DNA of 32,000 nucleotides from Puniceicoccales bacterium (GTDB lineage Bacteria; Verrucomicrobiota; Verrucomicrobiia; Opitutales; LL51): NCBI GenBank assembly GCA_031283585.1, contig JAITBP010000003.1, positions 30,001 to 62,000 of the forward strand, read 5' to 3'. Shown piece by piece: positions 26,123 to 32,000 of this stretch (position 1 is its first letter; each line of letters starts with the position of its first letter). The notes under the pieces were generated by a model. It saw only the letters and a program-made list of their open reading frames with translations, ran no database searches and was not told where the DNA came from. The position numbers and the translations under genes were made by a program.

Positions 26123-27460
26123 CTATTTACCTATACAAAATTGGCCAAACAATTCGTCTAGCATGCTTTCATTGTCGTACTTGCCAATTATCTCACCAAG
26201 TGTTTCAAGGCTAGATCTAAGGTCACTGGCTGCCAGCTCGAGATCATTTCCTTTGGCAAGTCTTTCGAGAGTGAAGCCGATATAATCTTTGGCTTTGGTT
26301 AAAATTTGCGCATGTCTAGAGTTTACAATGAATTCATCTTCCGATGGCATCAGATTTTTTTCAATGATGATTCTGGCCATGGCTGCTTTTAAATTGTCTA
26401 TGCCATAACCAGTTTTTGCAGAAACAACTACCATTTCAGCACTGGGTGGAGTTTTTATTTCCTGGCCATCCCCAAGATCGATTTTATTCAATACCAGCAG
26501 AGATGGTTTTTCGGCCAATAATTGCTTAAATTCTGTTAAATCATAATTTTTTGTAGCCGCATCGAGCACAAGAAGCATCAGATCACAGCTGGATGCAATT
26601 TCGAAGGTTTTGGCTATGCCTATTTTTTCTGGGATCGATTCCGGTGATCTTATTCCAGCCGTATCGGAAATTTTTACCATGTCTGGACCTAACCTTATGG
26701 TTTCAGAAATAAAGTCCCTGGTGGTTCCAGGTTCGGAACTGACTATGGCTCGATCAGTATTTAGTAGAGCGTTCATCAGGCTGCTTTTGCCCACATTTGG
26801 CCTGCCAACCAGTACCACATTTATACCATTCTCCAGGGAATTTTTATAAAAATTAGTATTGATTAGTCTCTGCAGGTCTTGGAATGTTTTCAGTGCAATT
26901 TGGTGTATATTTTGGTCAAATCCTGTTTCCTCATCAGGAAAATCTATGTGAGCTTCTATGGCTGCGAGAATTTTGATAATGGTCGAACTTAGGTCGGAGA
27001 TTTTATTTCCAAGAGTCCCACCGAGCTGTCGTTGGGCTATTGCCAGGGCTCTTTCGCTTTTGGCATGAATGACATCCAGGACGGCTTCTGCCTGGCATAG
27101 GTCCAGCTTTCGATGCAGAAACGCGCGTCGAGTGAATTCACCTGGCTTCGCAATCCGACAGCCAATATGGCACAGAGTATCAGTTATCTTCGCCACAATA
27201 ATAGGGTTTCCATGGCAATCTATTTCCAGACTATCTTCGCCGGTATAGGAATGAGATGCGTCGAAAAACAGGAATATGACCTGATCAACAACCTCGCCAT
27301 TTGACGTTACAAAATTATCTAAATAGGCGTACCGTGGCTCTATTTCGTTTTTAGAAAATACAGCTGCTAGGATTGTACGACAGAGAGGGCCGCTGGCTCT
27401 TATTTTGGCTATAGCAGAGTACCCAATCGGCGTGGCCAGAGCTACAACTGTGTCATCCAT
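26123..27460 (-). CDS. mnmE: tRNA modification GTPase MnmE (TrmE)
   Basis: 445 aa. N-terminal domain motifs SYTGEDSLEIDCHGN and AKPGEFTRRAFLHRKLDLCQAEAVLDVI. GTPase motifs GRPNVGKSS (G1), TTRD (G2), DTAGIR (G3) and NKID (G4). Hallmark C-terminus FCIGK. Confidence 0.95.
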   Translation of the reverse strand: MDDTVVALATPIGYSAIAKIRASGPLCRTILAAVFSKNEIEPRYAYLDNFVTSNGEVVDQVIFLFFDASHSYTGEDSLEIDCHGNPIIVAKITDTLCHIGCRIAKPGEFTRRAFLHRKLDLCQAEAVLDVIHAKSERALAIAQRQLGGTLGNKISDLSSTIIKILAAIEAHIDFPDEETGFDQNIHQIALKTFQDLQRLINTNFYKNSLENGINVVLVGRPNVGKSSLMNALLNTDRAIVSSEPGTTRDFISETIRLGPDMVKISDTAGIRSPESIPEKIGIAKTFEIASSCDLMLLVLDAATKNYDLTEFKQLLAEKPSLLVLNKIDLGDGQEIKTPPSAEMVVVSAKTGYGIDNLKAAMARIIIEKNLMPSEDEFIVNSRHAQILTKAKDYIGFTLERLAKGNDLELAASDLRSSLETLGEIIGKYDNESMLDELFGQFCIGK

Positions 27461-27493
27461 AACCTATAACGGAACCAATAGTATCTAGATGAA

Positions 27494-27763
27494 CTAATTA
27501 TGTCCCGGTCCAAAGCTGCGAATGGGCGTATTTTTTGGGACAAAAGCATTTTTCAACCTAAAAATAATCCGCGCCTTCTCCAGATCATGGGGACACATCT
27601 CCATACGAACCTTATCCCCTATGGTGAGCTTGATGAAATTTTTCCTAAGTTTACCTGATATATGGGCTAGAACCACATGGTTATTTTCCAACTCTACCTT
27701 AAACATCGTCCCTGGAAGGACAGCTATTACTTTACCAACAACTTCTATACACTCATTCGCCAT
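27494..27763 (-). CDS. infA: Translation initiation factor IF-1, with an ~18-aa C-terminal extension
   Basis: The S1-like core [66 protein letters not shown] matches the IF-1 consensus. An additional [18 protein letters not shown] tail precedes the stop. Confidence 0.9.
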   Translation of the reverse strand: MANECIEVVGKVIAVLPGTMFKVELENNHVVLAHISGKLRKNFIKLTIGDKVRMEMCPHDLEKARIIFRLKNAFVPKNTPIRSFGPGHN

Positions 27764-27825
27764 ACATCAATAAACAATGGAAACATATAATATTGTCTTA
27801 AATTTATTATATAAATGTCAATGAT

Positions 27826-27854
27826 ATTCTATCATCGGATTTGTGATTTGGCAA
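27826..27854 (-). promoter_or_regulatory. Candidate sigma-70/66-type promoter for infA-mnmE
   Basis: The minus strand reads TTGCCA (27854-27849), a 17-nt spacer, then TAGAAT (27831-27826). This sits ~60 nt upstream of the infA ATG and directly after the permease stop codon. Hexamer match only, with no experimental support. Confidence 0.35.
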
Positions 27855-27856
27855 TA

Positions 27857-29590
27857 TTATACACGAAATATCGCTCCAAAACTTTTGCCCATCATGGACG
27901 AGGTGCCGATGACTGTAACTGCCAAGAATGTCATGGCCCAGACGCCGAGCGCACAGGCTAAAAATGGGCCGTCAGATAGCATATGCATCAGCTCGTAAAT
28001 TGCCTTTGTAATAGGATAATATTGCTGTTTTTGAGCCAGAACTATGGAGTCTGACACCTCAAGCATTGCCTGGGAGAATACCAGTAGTCCGCCGGATATT
28101 AAGTTGGCAGTGATTAGCGGAAGTGTAATCTTCAGTGACGTCTTAAAGGGATGACAACCGAGGCACTGAGCGGCTTCTTCATAGGTTATGCTTGTCTGTT
28201 GTAACCCAGCCATGGCCGAGCGAACGGCAAAGGGAATTTTTCTGACAATATAGGCTATGATCAGCAAAGCGGTCGGATTCTCTATGGGGTTGAGAATTTC
28301 AAAGGTACGACCGGTCTGGGTCATGGCCAGATAGCCAAAAGCCATTACCAGTCCGGGTACTGCCAAGGGCATCATCGATAGGGTATCTAGGATGTGACGG
28401 CCGGGAAACTTTGTTCTAACCACAACAAAAGCTATCGCAGTACCAAGTAGTATTGCACCGACCGTTGCCATACTGGAATATATAAGGCTGTTTTTTATAG
28501 ATGGTACGGTCAATGGATGGCTCAGTGCGCGTTTGTAGTTATCTATAACAAATATGTCTGGTAATATGGAATTGTACCAATCCGCTGAGAACGACTTTAT
28601 GATCACTGCCAGGTGCGGTAACAGTGCGGCCATTATGACCACCAGAAATGACCCAGTGCATAGCAATTGTCTGGGCACTGATATGTTCCTTGGGCCGGAT
28701 AGGTGGGTTGACTTAGCCATCATGGAAAAGGTTTGTCTACCAAGTAATCCTTTCCCAAGAATATAGAACAACACCGAGAAGCCAAGCATGACCGAGACCA
28801 GTGCAAATGGAAGTGGATTGTTTCCTATGTCTTTCAGCCCAAAATAGATTTGTACAGGTGTTACTCGGTTATAGTCAAACATGAGCGGTACACCAAGTTC
28901 GGTAAAGGCCCAGATGAAGATCAGGGTACATCCGGCAAATATCCCAGGTCTGAGTAATGGAAATGTTATTTTGAAGAATCTTTTCAATCCGCGACAGCCG
29001 AGATTGCCAGCGGCTTCGTCTAGGGATGGGTCTATGTTTGCCAGGGCTGCAACCAAACTTAGATACAATATAGGGTATAGGCTTAGCGCGTTCATCAATG
29101 CTATGCCCAGGAACTTGTGTGAGCCTAACCAATCTATGTAATTACCTGGTTCGATCATGCCGAGTTTCAATAGGATGGCGTTTAAAACACCGTAGGTGCT
29201 GAATATTTGTTGTATTCCTATTGCGCCGACAAATGGCGGTAACATGATCGGTAGCAATATGGCAGATGTTAGGGTTTTTTTGAATGGAAACTTATACCTG
29301 TCGGTAAAATAGGCCAGAGGCATGGCTATCAATAGGGACAGTAACGTGGACAGCAGTCCAAGGGCTGTAGAATTTAAGAGGCCATCGATAAATACTCGGT
29401 TATGAAATATTATCTCAAAGAAACCTAGTGTAAACCGACCATCGATATTAAAAAATCCACCCTGGACGATTTCCCATATGGGCCAAATGAAAAAGCATCC
29501 TAAAAAACTTGCTGTGAGTGCAAAAACACAAAACGCTAAAAACCTTGGCATGTGTCTGGATAATTTGAATGATTTTGGCAAAATGTCCAA
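27857..29590 (-). CDS. Iron(III)-type ABC transporter permease (FbpB/SfuB/ThiP-like, duplicated 2 x 6-TM permease)
   Basis: 577 aa and highly hydrophobic throughout. Two ABC permease EAA-loop motifs are present: DEAAGNLGCRGLKRFFKITFPLLRPG and EEAAQCLGCHPFKTSLKITLPLITAN. The start could instead be the downstream Met (MPRFLAF...). Confidence 0.85.
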   Translation of the reverse strand: MDILPKSFKLSRHMPRFLAFCVFALTASFLGCFFIWPIWEIVQGGFFNIDGRFTLGFFEIIFHNRVFIDGLLNSTALGLLSTLLSLLIAMPLAYFTDRYKFPFKKTLTSAILLPIMLPPFVGAIGIQQIFSTYGVLNAILLKLGMIEPGNYIDWLGSHKFLGIALMNALSLYPILYLSLVAALANIDPSLDEAAGNLGCRGLKRFFKITFPLLRPGIFAGCTLIFIWAFTELGVPLMFDYNRVTPVQIYFGLKDIGNNPLPFALVSVMLGFSVLFYILGKGLLGRQTFSMMAKSTHLSGPRNISVPRQLLCTGSFLVVIMAALLPHLAVIIKSFSADWYNSILPDIFVIDNYKRALSHPLTVPSIKNSLIYSSMATVGAILLGTAIAFVVVRTKFPGRHILDTLSMMPLAVPGLVMAFGYLAMTQTGRTFEILNPIENPTALLIIAYIVRKIPFAVRSAMAGLQQTSITYEEAAQCLGCHPFKTSLKITLPLITANLISGGLLVFSQAMLEVSDSIVLAQKQQYYPITKAIYELMHMLSDGPFLACALGVWAMTFLAVTVIGTSSMMGKSFGAIFRV

Positions 29591-29676
29591 TAATAAAATT
29601 TGGCAAAATTATGATATAAAAAAGGCTTGCCAAAACGCAGTAATTGATCTAGTTTGCACCTATATTATTAAAGTAA
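29591..29676. promoter_or_regulatory. Divergent intergenic region (permease to the left, rpmB to the right) with candidate back-to-back promoters
   Basis: Plus strand: TTGCCA (29627-29632), 17-nt spacer, TAGTTT (29650-29655), upstream of rpmB. Minus strand: TTGGCA (29633-29628), 16-nt spacer, TAATTT (29611-29606), upstream of the permease. The two -35-like hexamers overlap on opposite strands. Hexamer matches only. Confidence 0.3.
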
Positions 29677-29910
29677 ATGGCAAGGGTTTGTTTTATTACA
29701 GGAAAAAAACCAATTAGAGGCAGTCGTATACGTCGCCGTGGTCAAACTAAGAAAAGTGGTGGCATCGGTACCCATGTGGTTAAAAAGACAAAACGGTTGT
29801 TCAGGCCTAATTTGCAGAAAGTTAGGATTGTTTTACCGAGCCGAGAAGTTAAGCGTGTTCTTGTGTCCGTCAAAGCAATAAAAGCAGGTAAAATTATAAA
29901 GGCGATATAA
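29677..29910 (+). CDS. rpmB: 50S ribosomal protein L28
   Basis: 77 aa and very basic. MARVCFITGKKPIRG...KKTKRLFRPNLQKVRI matches the L28 signature (M.R.C..TGK...G.......K.T.R.F.PNLQ). Confidence 0.9.
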   Translation: MARVCFITGKKPIRGSRIRRRGQTKKSGGIGTHVVKKTKRLFRPNLQKVRIVLPSREVKRVLVSVKAIKAGKIIKAI

Positions 29911-30011
29911 CATGTTAAAATACAGGTAGTTGGCATTTTTTGGTGCCATAGCTGGAGTCGGAGTTGGTGTATTTGCTGGAGTCATGAGAATTTTAGATTA
30001 TCATTGTAGCC

Positions 30012-30656
30012 ATGGAGCCTTTCGCGAGTTATTCGTATTTCGATGATTTTGATGACGAAATTGATGCCGTTGAATGGTCAGAGATGGAGTGGCGGAAGTA
30101 TTTGGCGAAGATCGATGTCGACGTGTCTTTGTTTTTAAAATTATTTGTTGAAACTAGGAATATTATAAACCACATGGAGATAATAGCTTCTCACATGGGA
30201 TGGATTAAGCAATCCGGTAGTTTTTTAGGTTCATTGTCACAGATCGGCGAAAAGGATCCATATACAATTCATAGGCAACCAGTTGCGATCGTTACCCGGG
30301 CGTTGTATTGTTTTTTGGCTAAAAATTGGGAACTGTTCATGAATGAGCATAAATCTCCGGATCCGCAATTGTGCTGGGTTTATGCCAGAATATTGAATAC
30401 CGGTGAACGGGATGCCATATTTGCATTGGCCTGCATGGATGCCGGTGATGATAATTTAGCCCTATGTCATTTCAAGTCAGCCTTGAAATCAATAAATTAT
30501 ACGATGGACATCATTCAAAAGCTTAAGGCTATCAGGATGAAGTGTAGTATTTTGTTGGATGATGCATTGATTGCCTGCTTCGATCTCCGGGAAGTGTGGC
30601 TGAAAGTCATGGATTCATGTAGAGATGGATTTGATGACGATGATGAAGAAGAATGA
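30012..30656 (+). CDS. Hypothetical acidic protein (214 aa), translationally coupled to the downstream sigma-54 activator
   Basis: Stop TGA at 30654-30656, followed 3 nt later by the next ATG at 30660. Acidic N-terminus (YFDDFDDEIDAVEW) and acidic tail (GFDDDDEEE). I recognise no family. Confidence 0.6.
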   Translation: MEPFASYSYFDDFDDEIDAVEWSEMEWRKYLAKIDVDVSLFLKLFVETRNIINHMEIIASHMGWIKQSGSFLGSLSQIGEKDPYTIHRQPVAIVTRALYCFLAKNWELFMNEHKSPDPQLCWVYARILNTGERDAIFALACMDAGDDNLALCHFKSALKSINYTMDIIQKLKAIRMKCSILLDDALIACFDLREVWLKVMDSCRDGFDDDDEEE

Positions 30657-30659
30657 TCT

Positions 30660-31811
30660 ATGCCAGCGTTTCCATTGTTAGTAGTAGATGATGAAAAATA
30701 TACCCGTGATGCCCTGGCAAAATTGCTTGAAGGAAAGTATGATGTTTTCATGGCCAGTGGCATTGATGAGGCCATAGCCTGTCTGAAAAATCACAAATTT
30801 TGTGCTGTTTTAACCGACCTGAGGATCGGAACAGCCTCGGGTATGAGTGTGGTTGAGCACTGTGTGTTGCGTGGCATTCCATCCATAGTCATGACGGCCT
30901 ACGGCGATGTGGAAACCGCTGTTTCTGCTATGAAAAACGGTGCTTTCGATTTCATTACCAAGCCAATAGATTTGCCTAAATTGGATATTTTACTGAAGCA
31001 GGCTATTAAATATCAGACAAATAAAACAGTGGTCGCAAAGCGTGGCCATGAAGCACAGAATATAATCTGCGACGAGAGCTCACCGTTCATGGATATCATT
31101 CTGAAAGCCAAGAAGATAGCAAGCAGTAGAGTGAATGTGCTTATCACCGGGGAGACCGGTACCGGCAAAGAGATAATTGCAGGGATCATACATTTTTCAG
31201 GTAATAGAAAGGACAGCCCTTTTGTTCCGGTTCATTGTGTCTCATTGTCGAGTTCATTGCTGGAAAGCGAGTTGTTTGGCCATGAAAAAGGTGCTTTTAC
31301 CGGAGCCACAGCCAGACATATCGGCAGATTTGAAAAGGCGAACGGCGGTACGTTGTTTCTGGATGAGATCGGAGAAATTGACCTGCAGACCCAGATTAAA
31401 CTGCTGCGCTTTTTAGAAACAAGATCGTTTGAACGGGTTGGAGGAAGTGATCAAGTGTCTGTCGATGTAAGGGTTATCTGTGCAACAAACCGAAATCTGC
31501 AGGCCATGGTTTCCGATGGAAAATTTAGAGAAGATCTATACTATAGGCTGAATGTGGTGGAGCTTAAACTGCCGCCATTGCGCGAGCGAAGGATGGACAT
31601 ACCAAGACTGGTTGAGCATTATGTCGGTCTATTCGCCAGAGAAAACGATATGAAGGTTTCGATTTCCCAGGAGGCGATGGAGCTATTTGTTGGGTATCAG
31701 TGGCCAGGCAATGTGCGAGAATTGAAAAATGTCTGCGAAAGCACGGTGGCTCTACTGCCAGAGAATCGTAACACCATAGCAATATGTGATTTAGATTCAA
31801 GGTGTTATTGA
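30660..31811 (+). CDS. Sigma-54-dependent response regulator (receiver + AAA+ domains) lacking a C-terminal HTH DNA-binding domain; CtcC/AtoC-like
   Basis: Receiver residues are intact: VVDDE, acceptor Asp in VLTDLRI, VMTAYG, ITKP. AAA+ motifs: Walker A GETGTGKE, sigma-54 contact loop EKGAFTGA, Walker [17 protein letters not shown] and GNVRELKN. The protein ends ~25 aa after GNVRELKN, leaving no room for a Fis-type HTH. Confidence 0.85.
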   Translation: MPAFPLLVVDDEKYTRDALAKLLEGKYDVFMASGIDEAIACLKNHKFCAVLTDLRIGTASGMSVVEHCVLRGIPSIVMTAYGDVETAVSAMKNGAFDFITKPIDLPKLDILLKQAIKYQTNKTVVAKRGHEAQNIICDESSPFMDIILKAKKIASSRVNVLITGETGTGKEIIAGIIHFSGNRKDSPFVPVHCVSLSSSLLESELFGHEKGAFTGATARHIGRFEKANGGTLFLDEIGEIDLQTQIKLLRFLETRSFERVGGSDQVSVDVRVICATNRNLQAMVSDGKFREDLYYRLNVVELKLPPLRERRMDIPRLVEHYVGLFARENDMKVSISQEAMELFVGYQWPGNVRELKNVCESTVALLPENRNTIAICDLDSRCY

Positions 31812-31900
31812 TTTTTTACTGGATCAATTTTTCTTATTGACAAAATATTTTTTCAAAAATATGCATTATTCTGTTGTGAGTTTATGCTGTCAGTTTTTGG

Positions 31901-32000
31901 ATGAGGACAAAGGGTACTAAGATAATTATTGTATGTAGTGGTAATACCTGTCGTAGTCCAATGGCTGAGGCATTGCTAGCAAAAGCTCTAAAGCAGGAAT
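31901..32000 (+). CDS. Low-molecular-weight protein-tyrosine phosphatase (5' fragment, truncated by the window end)
   Basis: MRTKGTKIIIVCSGNTCRSPMAEALLAKALKQE... contains the LMW-PTP P-loop C-x-G-N-x-C-R-S followed by PMAEA. The frame is open to nt 32000. Confidence 0.75.
   Translation, partial: MRTKGTKIIIVCSGNTCRSPMAEALLAKALKQE

Noticed and set aside
29931-29948. A sigma-54 promoter-like sequence TGGCAT-ttttt-GGTGC (also an inverted repeat TGGCA-N8-TGCCA), located between rpmB and the operon encoding the sigma-54 activator.
   Set aside because: The GG-to-GC spacing is one nt longer than the strict TGGCAC-N5-TTGC geometry on both strands, and the -12 element is poor. As a hairpin it has only a 5-bp stem, so it is not a convincing terminator either.
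29930-30046. A possible 38-codon small ORF with a TTG start, encoding a glycine-zipper-like hydrophobic peptide ((L/M)AFFGAIAGVGVGVFAGVMRILDYHCSHGAFRELFVFR). It overlaps the start of the 214-aa gene.
   Set aside because: It has a non-ATG start immediately after a stop codon, no properly spaced RBS, and is too short to evaluate from sequence alone. It would need ribosome profiling or conservation to support it.
24921-31800. Embedded or antisense ORFs in the housekeeping part: 24921-25136 (-), 25356-25568 (-), 26610-26849 (+), 27113-27304 (+), 27522-27773 (+), 28554-28766 (+), 28875-29132 (-), 28881-29141 (+), 29448-29633 (-), 29478-29717 (+), 29742-29936 (-), 30515-30775 (-), 31177-31416 (+), 31564-31800 (-).
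   Set aside because: Each overlaps a longer ORF with clear family signatures (translocator, mnmE, infA, permease, rpmB, sigma-54 activator), and none has recognisable motifs.
31837-31865. A candidate promoter upstream of the LMW-PTP gene: a perfect TTGACA (31837-31842), a 17-nt spacer, then TATGCA (31860-31865).
   Set aside because: The -10 hexamer lacks the conserved final T and matches only 3 of 6 positions, and the AT-rich context makes chance hexamers likely.
1-32000. Search for tRNA or rRNA genes, CRISPR arrays, IS elements, transposases, integrases and phage genes.
   Set aside because: Intergenic space is minimal; the largest gaps are ~70-100 nt. No direct-repeat/spacer arrays, cloverleaf-like segments or recombinase-like ORFs were seen. 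The giant gene's overall composition matches its neighbours, so there is no evidence that the locus is a recent mobile insertion.

Overview
Low-GC (about 38-40% by hand counts) bacterial chromosomal window dominated by one uninterrupted 24.35-kb ORF (nt 7-24360, 8,117 codons). The frame is still open at the 5' window edge. It encodes a modular protein of roughly 0.9 MDa (8,117 aa x ~110 Da) with no enzymatic family I can recognise. Reading along the protein, I see: (1) helical modules, including a hierarchically duplicated array at nt ~1200-5950; (2) a ~1,400-aa Tyr/Gly/Asp/Lys-rich beta-type repeat region at ~8290-12520; (3) a mixed globular region; (4) a 360-aa, ~40% alanine segment that forms a sharp GC-rich, C-skewed codon-usage island at 14881-15960; (5) about 2,400 aa of further diverged helical modules; (6) a single bilobed hydrophobic hairpin at 23191-23310; (7) a 349-aa C-terminal domain. 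The giant gene is followed on the same strand, after gaps of 11 and 70 nt, by a SycD/LcrH-type class II (TPR) type III secretion chaperone (24372-24893). Next comes a 383-aa protein with a central hydrophobic hairpin typical of T3SS hydrophobic translocators (24964-26115). My main hypothesis is that the giant is a T3SS-associated substrate or translocator-like protein of unprecedented size. This is inference from gene context plus its C-terminal architecture. The rest of the window is housekeeping: mnmE, infA and a Fe3+-type ABC permease on the minus strand, then rpmB, an acidic hypothetical protein translationally coupled to a sigma-54 activator that lacks a DNA-binding domain (CtcC-like), and the 5' end of an LMW phosphotyrosine phosphatase. 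T3SS genes, an HTH-less NtrC-type activator and low GC together suggest a chlamydia-like (PVC) intracellular bacterium, which is also inference. I found no tRNA, rRNA, CRISPR array, transposase or integrase.
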